64,000 bases of DNA from the human T2T-CHM13v2.0 reference genome, Homo sapiens. The notes beneath the pieces are model-generated. The model was not told the DNA's origin, ran no database searches, and saw nothing but the letters and a program-made list of their open reading frames with translations. The stretch lies in NCBI RefSeq assembly GCF_009914755.1, contig NC_060933.1. The stretch is one strand, 5' to 3'. The position numbers and the translations under genes are program-made. Below, piece by piece: positions 1 through 13,600 of the stretch (positions within the stretch are counted from its first letter, which is position 1; every line of letters starts with the position of its first letter).

Positions 1-825
1 GATTCCATTGCTTTGCATTCCATTCCATTCCTTTCCATTCCGGATGATTCCATTCCATTGCATTCCATTCCATTCCATTCCTCTCCATTCCATTGCACTC
101 GGGTTGATTCCATTCCATTCCATTCCATTCCATTCCATTCCATTACATTACATTACATTACATTCCGTTCCTTTCTACTCGGGTTGATTCCATTCCATTG
201 CATTCCATTCCATTCCATTACATTACATTCCATTCCCTTCCATTCCATTCCGTTCCATTCCATTACATTCGGATTGATTCAATTCAACTCCCTTACTCTC
301 CATTACATTCCATTCCATTCGGGTTGTTCCATTCCATTCCATTACATTCCACTCCATTCCATTGCGCTCCGGTTGATTCCATTCCATTCCATTCCATTCC
401 ATTCCATTCCATTCCATTCCGGATGATTCCATTCCATTGAATTCCGTCCCATTACATTCCCTTGCACTCGGGTTGATTCCATTCCATTCCATTCCATTCC
501 ATTCGATTCCATTCCATTCCAATTCTTTCCATTCCATTCTATTCCGTACCATTCCATTCCATTCCATACAATTCCATTCCATTCCATTGCACTCCGTTCC
601 GTTCCTTTCCGTTCTGTTCCGTTCCATTCCATTCCATTCCATTCTATTCGGTTTAATTCCATTCCATTCCATTCCATTCCATTCCATTCTATTCCATTCC
701 ATTGCAATCGAGTTGAATCCATTGCATTCCATTCCATTCCATTCCATTCCATTCCATTCCATTCCATTCCATTCCATTGTACTCGGGTTGATTCCATTCC
801 ATTGCATTCCATTCCATTCCATTCC

Positions 826-1753
826 ATTCCGGAAGATTCCATTCCATTGCATTCCATTCCATTCCATTCCCCTTCACTCGCGTTGATTCCATTCCATTCC
901 ATTCTATTCCATTCCATTCCCTTCCTTTCCGTTCCATTCCATTCCATTCCATTCCATTCCCCTGCACTCGCGTTGATTCCATTCCATTCCATTCTATTCC
1001 ATTCCATTCCCTTCCTTTCCGTTCCATTCCATTCCATTCCATTCCGTTCCGTTCCATTCCATTCCATTCCATTCTATTCTGGTTAATTCCATTCCATTCC
1101 ATTCGATTGCAATCGAGTTGATTCCATTCCATTCCATTCCATTCCATTCCATTCCATTCCATTCCATTCCTTTCCTTTCCATTACGGATGATTCCATTCC
1201 ATTGCATTCCATTCCATTCCATTCCCCTGTACTCGGGTTGATTCCATTCTATTCCATTCCAATCCATGCCATTCCACTCGTGTTGATTCCATTCTTTCCA
1301 TTCCATTCAAGTTGAATCCATTCCATTGCATTCCATTCCATTCGATTCCATTCGATTGCACTCGGTTTGATTCCATTCCATTGCATTCCATTCCATTCCA
1401 TTCCATTCCATTCCGTTCCATTCCATTCCATTACATTCGGATTGATTCTATTCAATTCCCTTACACTCCATTACATTCCATTCCATTCGGGTAGTTTCCA
1501 TTCCATTCCATTCCATTCCTCTCCATTCCATTGCACTCGGGTTGATTCCATTCCATTGCATTCCATTCGATACCATTCAATTCCATTCCGTTCCATTCCA
1601 TTCCATTACATTCGGATTGATTCTATTCAACTCCCTTACACTCCATTACATTCGATTCCATTCGGGTTGTTCCATTCCATTCCATTCCATTCCTCTCCAT
1701 TCCATTGCACTCGGGTTGATTCCATTCCATTCCATTCCATTCCGGAAGATTCC
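826..1753 (-). promoter_or_regulatory. Two perfect heat-shock-element matches (826-840, 1739-1753)
   Basis: attccggaagattcc, the reverse complement of gGAAtcTTCcgGAAt. Confidence 0.55.
876..1040 (-). repeat. 90-bp tandem duplication
   Basis: actcgcgttgattccattccattccattctattccattccattcccttcctttccgttcc at 876 and 966. Confidence 0.88.
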
Positions 1754-2329
1754 ATTCCATTGCATTCCATTAAATTCCATTCCCCTGTACTCGCGTTGAT
1801 TCCATTCCATTCCATTCCATTCCTTTGCATTCCATTGCATTCCATTGCATTCCATTCCCCTGCACTCAGGTTGATTCCATTCCATTCCATTCCATTCCAT
1901 TCCATTCTATTCACGTTAATTCCATTCCACTCCATTCCATTACATTCCATTGCAATCGACTTGATTCCATTCCATTCCATTCCATTCCATTCCATTCCAT
2001 TCCATTCCCTTCCATTCCACTCTGGTTGATTCCATTCCTTTCCATTCTACTCGATTGCATTCCCTTCTATTCCACTCGGATTGATTCCATTCCATTCCGT
2101 TCCATTCCATTCCATTTCGTTCCATTCCATTCTATTCCATTCCATTCCATTCCATTCCTTTCCATTCCATTCCGTTCCATTCCATTCCATTCCATTCCAT
2201 TTCTTTGCATTCCATTCTATTCCATACCATTCCATTCCATTCCGTTCCATGCCATTCCACTCGGGTTGATTCCATTGCTTTCCATTCCATTTGGGTTGAA
2301 TCCATTCCATTCCATTCCATTCCATTCCA

Positions 2330-5300
2330 TTCCATTCCGTTCCATTCCATTCCATTACATTCGTATTGATTGTATTCAATTCCCTTACACTCCATTACAT
2401 TCCATTCCATTCGGGTTGTTTCCATTCCATTCCATTCCATTCCACTCCATTCCATTGCAGTCGGGTTGATTCCATTCCATTCCATTCCATTCCCTTCCAT
2501 TCCATTTCGTTCCATTCCATTCTATTCCATACCATTCCATTCCATTCCATTCCATTCCATTCCATTCCATTCCATTCCATTCCATGCCATTCCACTCGGG
2601 TTGATTCCTTTCCATTCCATTCCATTCGGGTTGAAACCATTCCATTCCATTCAATTCCATTCCATTTCGGATGATTGCATTCCATTGCCTTCCATTCAAT
2701 TGCATTCCCCTGCACCCGGGTTGATTCCATTCAATTCCATTCCATTCCATTCCGTTCCATTCCATTCCATACCATTCCATTCCATTCCATTCCATTCTAT
2801 TTGGGTTAATTCCATTCCATTCCATTCCATTCCATTCAGTTTCATTGCAATCGGGTTGATTCCATTCCGTTCCATTCCATTGCATTCCATTCCATTCCAT
2901 TCCATTCCATTCCATTCCATTCCATTCCATTCAACTCGGGTTGATTCCATTCCTTTCCATTCCATTCGGGGTGAAGCCTTTCCATTCCATTCCATTCCTT
3001 TCGATTCCATTCCATTGCACTCGGGTTGATCCCATTCCTTTGCATTCCATTCCATTCCATTCCATTCCATTCCATTCCATTCCGTTCCATTCAATTCCAT
3101 TACGTTCGGATTGATTCTATTCAATTCCCTTACAATCCACCACATTCCTTTCCATTCGGGTTGTTTCCATTCCTTTCCATTCCATTCAATTCCATTCCAT
3201 TCCATTCCATTCCGTATGATTCCATTCCATTGCATTCTATTCCATTCCATTCCCCTGCACTCGGGTGGATTCCATTCTATTCCATTCCATTCCATTCCAT
3301 TCCATTCCATTCCATTCCATTCCATTGAAATCGAGTTGATTCCATTCCATTCCATTCCATTCAATTCCATTCCATTCCATTCTATTCTGGTTAATTCCAT
3401 TCCATTCCATTCCATTCCCTTCCATTCCATTCCATTCTATTCCATTCCATTCCATTCTATTAGGGTTAATTCCATTCCATTCCATTCCATTCCATTCCAT
3501 TCCATTCCATTCCATTCCATTCCTTTGCAATCGAGTTTATTCCATTCCATTCCATTCCATTCCATTCCATTCAATTCCATTGAACTCGGGTTGATTCCAT
3601 TCCATTCCATGCCATTCCATTTCATTCCAATCCATTGCCTTCCATTCCATTCCATTCCTCTGCACTCGGGTTGATTCCATTCCTTTCCATTCCATTCGAT
3701 TCCATTCCATGCCATTCCACTCGGGTTGATTCCATTACTTTCCATTCCATTCGAGTTGAATCCATTCCATTCGATTCCATTCCATTCGATTCCATTCCAT
3801 TGCTCACGGGTTCATTCCATTCCATTCCATTCCATTCCATTCTATTCCATTTCATTCCATTTCGTTCCATTCCATTCTCTTCCGTACCATTCCATTCCAT
3901 TCCATTCCACTCCATTCCATGCCATTCCACTCGGGTTTATTCCATTCCTTTCCATTCCATTCGGGTTGAATTCATTCCATTCCATTCCATTCCATTCCAT
4001 TCCATTCTATTCCATTGCACTCGGGTTGATTCCATTCCATTCCATTACATTCCACTCCATTCCATTGCACTCGGGTTGATTCCATTCCTTTCCATTCCAT
4101 TCCAGTTGAACCCATTCCATTCTATTCCATTCCATTCCATTCCATTCCATTTCATTCCTTTGCACACGGGTTCATTCCATTCCATTCCATTCCATTCCAT
4201 TCCATTCCATTTCGTTCCATTCCATTCTATTCCTTACCATTCCATTCCATTCCATTCCCTTCCATGCCATTTCACTCGGGTTTATTCCATTCCTTTCCAT
4301 TCCATTCGGGTTGAATCCATTCCATTCCATTCCATTCCATTCCATTCCATTCCATTCCATTCCATTGAACTCGGGTTGATTCCATTCCATTCCATGCCAT
4401 TCCATTTCATTCCATTCCATTCCATTCCGTTCCATTCCATTCCATTCCTTTCCGTTCAATTCCATTACATTCGGATTGATTCTTTTTAATTCCCTTACAC
4501 TCCATTACATTCCATTCCATTCGGGTAGTTTCCATTCCATTCCATTCCATTCCTCTGTATTCTATTGCACTCGGGTTGATTGATTCCATTCCATTGCATT
4601 CCATTCCATTCAGGATGATTCCATTCCATTGCATTCCATTCCATTCCATTCCCCTGCACTCGTGTTGATTCCATTCCTTTCCATTCCATTCCATTCCGTT
4701 CCATTCCATTCCATTACATTCGTACTGATTGTACTCAATTCCCTTACACTCCATTACATTCCATTCCATTCGGGTTGTTTCCATTCCATTACATTCCATT
4801 CTACTCCATTCCATTGCACTCAGGTTGATTCCATTCCATTCCATTCCATTCCATTCCATTTCGTTCCATTCCATTCTATTCCGTACCATTCCATTCCATT
4901 CCATTCCATTCCATGCCATTCCACTCAGGTTTATTACATTCCTTTCCATTCCATTCGGGTTGAATCCATTCCATTCCATTCCATTCCATTCCATTCCATT
5001 CCTTTGCACTCGGGTTGATTCCATTCCATTCCCTGCCATTCCATTTCATTCCATTCCATTCCATTCCATTCCATTCCATTCCATTCCATTCCATTCCGTT
5101 CCATTCCATTCCATTACATTCGGATTGATTGTATTCAATTCCCTTACACTCCATTACATTCCATTCCATTCGGGTTGTTTCCGTTCCATTACATTCCATT
5201 CCACTCCATTCCATTGCACTCAGGTTGATTCCATTCCATTCCATTCCATTCCATTCCATTCCATTTCGTTCCATTCCATTCTATTCCGTACCATTCCATT

Positions 5301-8300
5301 CCATTCCATTCCATTCCATTCCATGCCATTCCACTCGGGTTGATTCCATTCCTTTCCATTCCATTCGGATTGAATCCATTCCATTCCATTCCATTGCATT
5401 CCGTTCCATTCCATTCCCCTGCAATCGGGTGGATTCCATTCTATTCCATTCCATTCCATTCATTCCATTCCATTCCATTCCATTTCGTTCCATTCCATTC
5501 TATTCCCTACCTTTCCATTCCATTCCATTCCATTCCATTCCATTCCATGCCATGCCATTCCACTCGAGTTGATTCCATTCCTTTCCATTCCATTCTAGTT
5601 GAATCCATTCCATTGCATTCCATTCCATTCGATTCCATTCAATTGCACACGGGTTCATTCCATTCCATTCCATTCCATTCCATTCCATTCCATTCCATTC
5701 CATTTCGTTCCATTCCATTCTATTCCGTACCATTCCCTTCCATTCCATTCCATTCCACTCCATTCCATGCCATTCCACTCGGGTTTATTCCATTCCTTTC
5801 CATTCCATTCGGGTTGAATCCATTCTATTCGGGTTGAATCCATTCCATTCCATTCCATTCCATTCCATTCCATTCCATGCCATTCCACTCGGGTTGATTC
5901 CATTCCTTTCCATTCCATTCGAGTTGAACCCATTCCATTCCATTCCATTCCATTCCATTCCATTCCATTCCATTGCTCACGGGTTCATTCCATCCAATTC
6001 CATTCCATTCCATTCCATTCCATTCCATTTCGTTCCATTCCATTCTACTCCGTACCATTGCATTCCATTCCATTCCCTTCCATGCCATTTCACTCGGGTT
6101 TATTCCTTTCCTTTCCATTCTATTCGGGTTGAATCCATTCCATTCCATTCCATTGCATTCCATTCCATTCCATTCCCCTGCAATCGGGTGGATTCCATTC
6201 TATTCCATTCCATTCCATTCCATTCCATTCCGTTCCATTCCATTCCATTACATTCGTATTGATTGTATTCAATTCCCTTACACTCCATTACATTCCATTC
6301 CATTCGGGTTGTTTCCATTCCATTCCATTCCATTCCACTCCATTCCATTGCAGTCGGGTTGATTCCATTCCATTCCATTCCATTCCCTTCCATTCCATTT
6401 CGTTCCATTCCATTCTATTCCATACCATTCCATTCCATTCCATTCCATTCCATTCCATTCCATTCCATGCCATTCCACTCGGGTTGATTCCTTTCCATTC
6501 CATTCCATTCGGGTTGAAACCATTCCATTCCATTCAATTCCATTCCATTTCGGATGATTGCATTCCATTGCCTTCCATTCAATTGCATTCCCCTGCACCC
6601 GGGTTGATTCCATTCAATTCCATTCCATTCCATTCCGTTCCATTCCATTCCATACCATTCCATTCCATTCCATTCCATTCCATTCTATTTGGGTTAATTC
6701 CATTCCATTCCATTCCATTCCATTCAGTTTCATTGCAATCGGGTTGATTCCATTCCGTTCCATTCCATTGCATTCCATTCCATTCCATTCCATTCCATTC
6801 CATTCCATTCCATTCAACTCGGGTTGATTCCATTCCTTTCCATTCCATTCGGGGTGAAGCCTTTCCATTCCATTCCTTTCCTTTCGATTCCATTCCATTG
6901 CACTCGGGTTGATCCCATTCCTTTGCATTCCATTCCATTCCATTCCATTCCATTCCATTCCGTTCCATTCAATTCCATTACATTCGGATTGATTCTATTC
7001 AATTCCCTTACAATCCATCACATTCCTTTCCATTCGGGTTGTTTCCATTCCTTTCCATTCCATTCAATTCCATTCCATTCCATTCCATTCCGTATGATTC
7101 CATTCCATTGCATTCTATTCCATTCCATTCCCCTGCACTCGGGTGGATTCCATTCTATTCCATTCCATTCCATTCCATTCCATTCCATTCCATTCCATTC
7201 CATTGAAATCGAGTTGATTCCATTCCATTCCATTCCATTCAATTCCATTCCATTCCATTCTATTCGGGTTAATTCCATTCCATTCCATTCCATTCCCTTC
7301 CATTCCATTCCATTCTATTCCATTCCATTCCATTCTATTAGGGTTAATTCCATTCCATTCCATTCCATTCCATTCCATTCCATTCCATTCCATTCCTTTG
7401 CAATCGAGTTTATTCCATTCCATTCCATTCCATTCCATTCCATTCAATTCCATTGAACTCGGGTTGATTCCATTCCATTCCATGCCATTCCATTTCATTC
7501 CAATCCATTGCCTTCCATTCCATTCCATTCCTCTGCACTCGGGTTGATTCCATTCCTTTCCATTCCATTCGATTCCATTCCATGCCATTCCACTCGGGTT
7601 GATTCCATTTCTTTCCATTCCATTCGAGTTGAATCCATTCCATTCGATTCCATTCCATTCGATTCCATTCCATTGCTCACGGGTTCATTCCATTCCATTC
7701 CATTCCATTCCATTCTATTCCATTTCATTCCATTTCGTTCCATTCCATTCTCTTCCGTACCATTCCATTCCATTCCATTGCACTCCATTCCATGCCATTC
7801 CACTCGGGTTTATTCCATTCCTTTCCATTCCATTCGGGTTGAATTCATTCCATTCCATTCCATTCCATTCTATTCCATTGCACTCGGGTTGATTCCATTC
7901 CATTCCATTCCATTCCACTCCATTCCATTGCACTCGGGTTGATTCCATTCCTTTCCATTCCATTCCAGTTGAACCCATTCCATTCCATTCCATTCCATTC
8001 CATTCCATTCCATTCCATTTCGTTCCATTCCATTCTATTCCTTACCATTCCATTCCATTCCATTCCCTTCCATGCCATTTCACTCGGGTTTATTCCATTC
8101 CTTTCCATTCCATTCGGGTTGAATCCATTCCATTCCATTCCATTCCATTCCATTCCATTCCATTCCATTCCATTGAACTCGGGTTGATTCCATTCCATTC
8201 CATGCCATTCCATTTCATTCCATTCCATTCCATTCCGTTCCATTCCATTCCATTCCTTTCCATTCAATTCCATTACATTCGGATTGATTCTTTTTAATTC

Positions 8301-9660
8301 CCTTACACTCCATTACATTCCATTCCATTCGGGTAGTTTCCATTCCATTCCATTCCATTCCTCTGTATTCTATTGCACTCGGGTTGATTGATTCCATTCC
8401 ATTGCATTCCATTCCATTCAGGATGATTCCATTCCATTGCATTCCATTCCATTCCATTCCCCTGCACTCGTGTTGATTCCATTCCTTTCCATTCCATTCC
8501 ATTCCGTTCCATTCCATTCCATTACATTCGTACTGATTGTACTCAATTCCCTTACACTCCATTACATTCCATTCCATTCGGGTTGTTTCCATTCCATTAC
8601 ATTCCATTCTACTCCATTCCATTGCACTCAGGTTGATTCCATTCCATTCCATTCCATTCCATTCCATTTCGTTCCATTCCATTCTATTCCGTACCATTCC
8701 ATTCCATTCCATTCCATTCCATGCCATTCCACTCAGGTTTATTACATTCCTTTCCATTCCATTCGGGTTGAATCCATTCCATTCCATTCCATTCCATTCC
8801 ATTCCATTCCATTCCTTTGCACTCGGGTTGATTCCATTCCATTCCCTGCCATTCCATTTCATTCCATTCCATTCCATTCCATTCCATTCCATTCCATTCC
8901 ATTCCGTTCCATTCCATTCCATTACATTCGGATTGATTGTATTCAATTCCCTTACACTCCATTACATTCCATTCCATTCGGGTTGTTTCCGTTCCATTAC
9001 ATTCCATTCCACTCCATTCCATTGCACTCAGGTTGATTCCATTCCATTCCATTCCATTCCATTCCATTCCATTCCATTCCATTTCGTTCCATTCCATTCT
9101 ATTCCGTACCATTCCATTCCATTCCATTCCATTCCATTCCATGCCATTCCACTCGGGTTGATTCCATTCCTTTCCATTCCATTCGGGTTGAATCCATTCC
9201 ATTCCATTCCATTGCATTCCGTTCCATTCCATTCCCCTGCAATCGGGTGGATTCCATTCTATTCCATTCCATGCCATTCATTCCATTCCATTCCATTCCA
9301 TTTCGTTCCATTCCATTCTATTCCCTACCTTTCCATTCCATTCCATTCCATTCCATTCCATTCCATGCCATGCCATTCCACTCGAGTTGATTCCATTCCT
9401 TTCCATTCCATTCTAGTTGAATCCATTCCATTGCATTCCATTCCATTCGATTCCATTCAATTGCACACGGGTTCATTCCATTCCATTCCATTCCATTCCA
9501 TTCCATTCCATTCCATTCCATTTCGTTCCATTCCATTCCATTCCATTCCATTCCCTTCCATTCCATTCCATTCCACTCCATTCCATGCCATTCCACTCGG
9601 GTTTATTCCATTCCTTTCCATTCCATTCGGGTTGAATCCATTCTATTCGGGTTGAATCCA
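2330..9660 (-). repeat. ~3.85-kb tandem duplication (copy 1 ~2330-6225, copy 2 ~6225-9660, incomplete)
   Basis: Rare variants recur in order: tcgtattg 2361/6254, ttgaaacc 2631/6514, gtgaagcc 2971/6854, tcctctgtat 4551/8359, ttccctacc 5503/9321 (offsets 3893 falling to ~3810). Confidence 0.9.
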
Positions 9661-9835
9661 ATCCATTCCATTCCATTCCATTCCATTCCATTCCATTCCA
9701 TTCCATTGCACTAGGTTTGATTCCATTCTGCTGCATTCCATTCCATTCCATTCCGTTCCATTCCATTCCTTTACATTCGGATTGATTGTATTCAATTCCC
9801 TTACACTCCATTACATTCCATTCCATTCGGGTTGT

Positions 9836-9877
9836 TTCCATTCCATTCCATTCCGTGTGCAATGGAATGGAATGGAA
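9836..9877. other. Strand-switch (inversion) junction 1, CATTC->GGAAT; perfect 17-bp inverted repeat with 8-nt loop
   Basis: ttccattccattccatt(9836-9852)-ccgtgtgc-aatggaatggaatggaa(9861-9877). The CC at 9853-9854 is shared by attCC (left) and aacCCgtgtgc (right; intact homologues at ~12281 and ~17588). ORF 9786..9995 switches from IPFHS to MEWNG here. Confidence 0.96.
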
Positions 9878-10631
9878 TGGAATGGAATGGAATGGAATGG
9901 GTTCAACTAGAATGGAATGGAAAGGAATGGAATCAACCCGAGTGGAATGGCATGGAATGGAATGGAATGGAATGGAATGGAAAGCAATGGAATGAAATGG
10001 AATGGAAGGGAATGGATTGAAATGGAATGGAATGGAATGGAATCAACCCGAGTGCAATGTAATGGAATTGAATGGAATGGAATGGAATGCAATGGAATGA
10101 ATTCAACCCGAATGGAATGGAAAGGAATGGAATAAACCCGAGTGGAATGGCATGGAATGGAGTGGAATGGAATGGAATGGAATACTACGGAAGAGAATGG
10201 AATGGAACGAAATGGAATGGAATGGAATGGAATGGAATGGAATGGAATGAACAAGTGAGCAATTGAATGGAATCGAATGGAATAGAATGGAATGGAATGG
10301 ATTCAACTCGAATGGAATGGAAAGGAATGGAATCAACCCGAGTGGAATGGCATGGAATGGAATGGAATGGAATGGAACGGAATGGAATGGAATCAACTCG
10401 ATTGCAAAGGAATGTAATGGAATGGAATGGAACGGAATTAACGCAAATAGAATGGAATGGAAAGGAATGGAACGGAATGGAATGGAAAGAAATGGAATGG
10501 AATCAATCTGAGTGCAGGGGAATGCAATGGAATGGAATGCAATGGAATGGAATGGAATGGAATGCAATGGAATCACCTCGATTGCAATGGGATGGAATGG
10601 AATGGAATGGAATGGAAGGGAATGGAATGGA

Positions 10632-13600
10632 ATGGAATTAACCTGAACAGAATGGAATGGAATGGTATGGAATGGAATGGAATGGAATGGAATGGAATGC
10701 AATGGAATGGAATCAATCAACCCGAGTGCAATAGAATGCAGTGGAATGGAATGGAATGGAATGGAATGGAATGGAATGGAATGGAATGAAATGGAATGGC
10801 AGGGAATGGAATGGAATCAACCCGAGTGCAAAGGAATGGAATGGAATGGAATGGAATGGAATGGATTCAACCCGAATGGAATGGAAAGGAATGGAATAAA
10901 CCTGAGTGGAATCGCATGGAATGGAATGGAATGGAATGGAATGGAATGGAATGGTACGGAATAGAATGGAATGGAAAGTAATGGAATGGAATGGAATGGA
11001 ATGGAATGGAATCAACCTGAGTGCAATGGAATGGAGTGGAATGGAATGTAATGGAATGGAAACAACCCGAATGTAATGGAATGTAATGGAGTGTAAGGGA
11101 ATTGAATACAATCAATCCGAATGTAATGGAATGGAATGGAACGGAATGGAATGGAATGGAATGCAGTGGAATGGAATCAAACCTAGTGCAATGGAATGGA
11201 ATGGAATGGAATGGAATGAAATGGAATGGAATGGAATGGAATGGAATGGAATGGATTGGATTCAACCCAAATGGAATGGAAAGCAATGGAATCAACCCGA
11301 GTGGAATGGCATGGAATGGAATGGAATGGAATGGAATGGAATGGAATGGTACAGAATAGAATGGAATGGAATGAAATGGAATGGAATGGAATGGAATGGA
11401 ATGGAATGGAACGGAATGGAATGGAATCAACTCGATTGCAATGGAATGTAATGGAATGGAATGGAATGGAATTAACGCGAATAGAATGGAATGGAATGTA
11501 ATGGAACGGAATGGAATGGAATGGGATGGAATGGAATCAATCTGAGTGCAGGGGAATGGAATGGAATGGAATGCAATGGAATGGAATGGAATGGAATGGA
11601 ATGCAATGGAATCAACTAGATTGCAATGGGATGGAATGGAATGGAATGGAATGGAAGGGAATGGAATGGAATGGAATTAACCTGAACAGAATGGAATGGA
11701 ATGGAATGGAACGGAATGGAAGGGAATGGAATGGAATGGAATTAAGCTGAAGAGAATGGAATGGAATGGAATGGAACGGAATGGAATGGAATGGAATGGA
11801 ATGGAATGCAATGGAATGGGATCAACCCGAGTGCAGGGGAATGGAATGGAATGGAATGCAATGGAATGGAATCAATCAACCCGAGTGCAATAGAATGCAG
11901 TGGAATGGAATGGAATGGAATGGAAAGTACCCGAATGGAAAGGAATGTAATGGAGTGTAAGGGAATTAAAAAGAATCAATCCGAATGTAATGGAATGGAA
12001 GGGAACGGAATGGAATGGAATGGAATGGAATGGAATGGAATGGAATGGAATGAAATGGAATGGCATGGAATGGAATGGAATCAACCTGAGTTCAATGGAA
12101 TGGAATGGAATGGAATGGAATGGATTCAACCCGAATGGAATGGAAAGGAATGGAATAAACCCGAGTGAAATGGCATGGAAGGGAATGGAATGGAATGGAA
12201 TGGTAAGGAATAGAATGGAATGGAACGAAATGGAATGGAATGGAATGGAATGGAATGGAATGGAATGGAATGGAATGAACCCGTGTGCAATGGAATGGAA
12301 TGGAATGGAATGGAATGGAATGGAATGGAATGGGTTCAACTAGAATGGAATGGAAAGGAATGGAATCAACCCGAGTGGAATGGCATGGAATGGAATGGAA
12401 AGGAATGGAATGGAATGGAATGGAATGGAATGGAATGGAATGAAATGGAATGGAAGGGAATGGATTGAAATGGAATGGAATGGAATGGAATCAACCCGAG
12501 TGCAATGTAATGGAATTGAATGGAATGGAATGGAATGGAATGGAATGAATTCAACCCGAATGGAATGGAAAGGAATGGAATAAACCCGAGTGGAATGGCA
12601 TGGAATGGATTGGAATGGAATGGAATGGAATACTACGGAAGAGAATGGAATGGAACGAAATGGAATGGAATGGAATGGAATGGAATGGAATGAACACGTG
12701 AGCAATGGAATGGAATCGAATGGAATGGAATGGAATGGAATGGATTCAACTCGAATGGAATGGAAAGGAATGGAATCAACCCGAGTGGAATGGCATGGAA
12801 TGGAATGGAATGCAATGGAATGGAATGGAATGGAATGGAATCAACTCGATTGCAAAGGAATGTAATGGAATGGAATGGAACGGAATTAACGCAAATAGAA
12901 TGGAATGGAAAGGAATGGAAAGGAATGGAATGGAAAGGAATGGAATGGAATCAATCTGAGTGCAGGGGAATGGAATGGAATGGAGTGCAATGGAATGGAA
13001 AGGAATGGAATGCAATGGAATCACCTCGATTGCAATGGGATGGAATGGAATGGAATGGAATGGAAGGGAATGGAATGGAATGGAATTAACCTGAACAGAA
13101 TGGAATGGAATGGTATGGAATGGAATGGAATGGAATGGAATGGAATGCAATGGAATGGAATCAATCAACGCGAGTGCAATAGAATGCAGTGGAATGGAAT
13201 GGAATGGAATGGAAAGTACCCGAATGGAATGGAATGGAATGGAGTGTAAGGGAATTAAAAAGACTCAATCCGAATGTAATGGAATGGAATTGAAAGGAAA
13301 GGAATGGAATGGAATGGAATGGAATGGAATGGAATGAAATGGAATGCCATAGAATGGAATGGAATCAACCCGAGCGCAATGGAATGGAATGGAATGGAAT
13401 GGATTCAACCCGAATGGAATGGAAAGGAATGGAATAAACCCGAGTGAAATGGCATGGAAGGGAATGGAATGGAATGGAATGGTACGGAGTAGAATGGAAT
13501 GGAACGAAATGGAATGGAATGGAATGGAATGGAATGGAATGGAATGGAATGGAATGAACCCGTGAGCAATGGAATGGAATGGAATGGAATGGAATGGAAT

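Larger units (their letters stand above)
1..1850 (-). repeat. HSat3 variant domain 'B', left-hand portion
   Basis: Contains caactcccttactctcc (286, variant 1628), attccggaagattcc (826, 1739), attctttccattccattcaagttg (1291) and gggtagtttcc (1489), as in 28.5-64 kb. Confidence 0.75.
1..9854 (-). repeat. HSat3 block 1: CATTC on + strand (GGAAT on minus)
   Basis: The + strand reads (cattc)n up to ...gggttgtttccattccattccattcc at 9854. Confidence 0.97.

Noticed and set aside
11101-11120. DUX4-like motifs in gaatacaatcaatcc / gaatagaatcaatcc
   Set aside because: They match TAAYYYAATCA only partially, lacking the TAA half-site, which is too weak to call.
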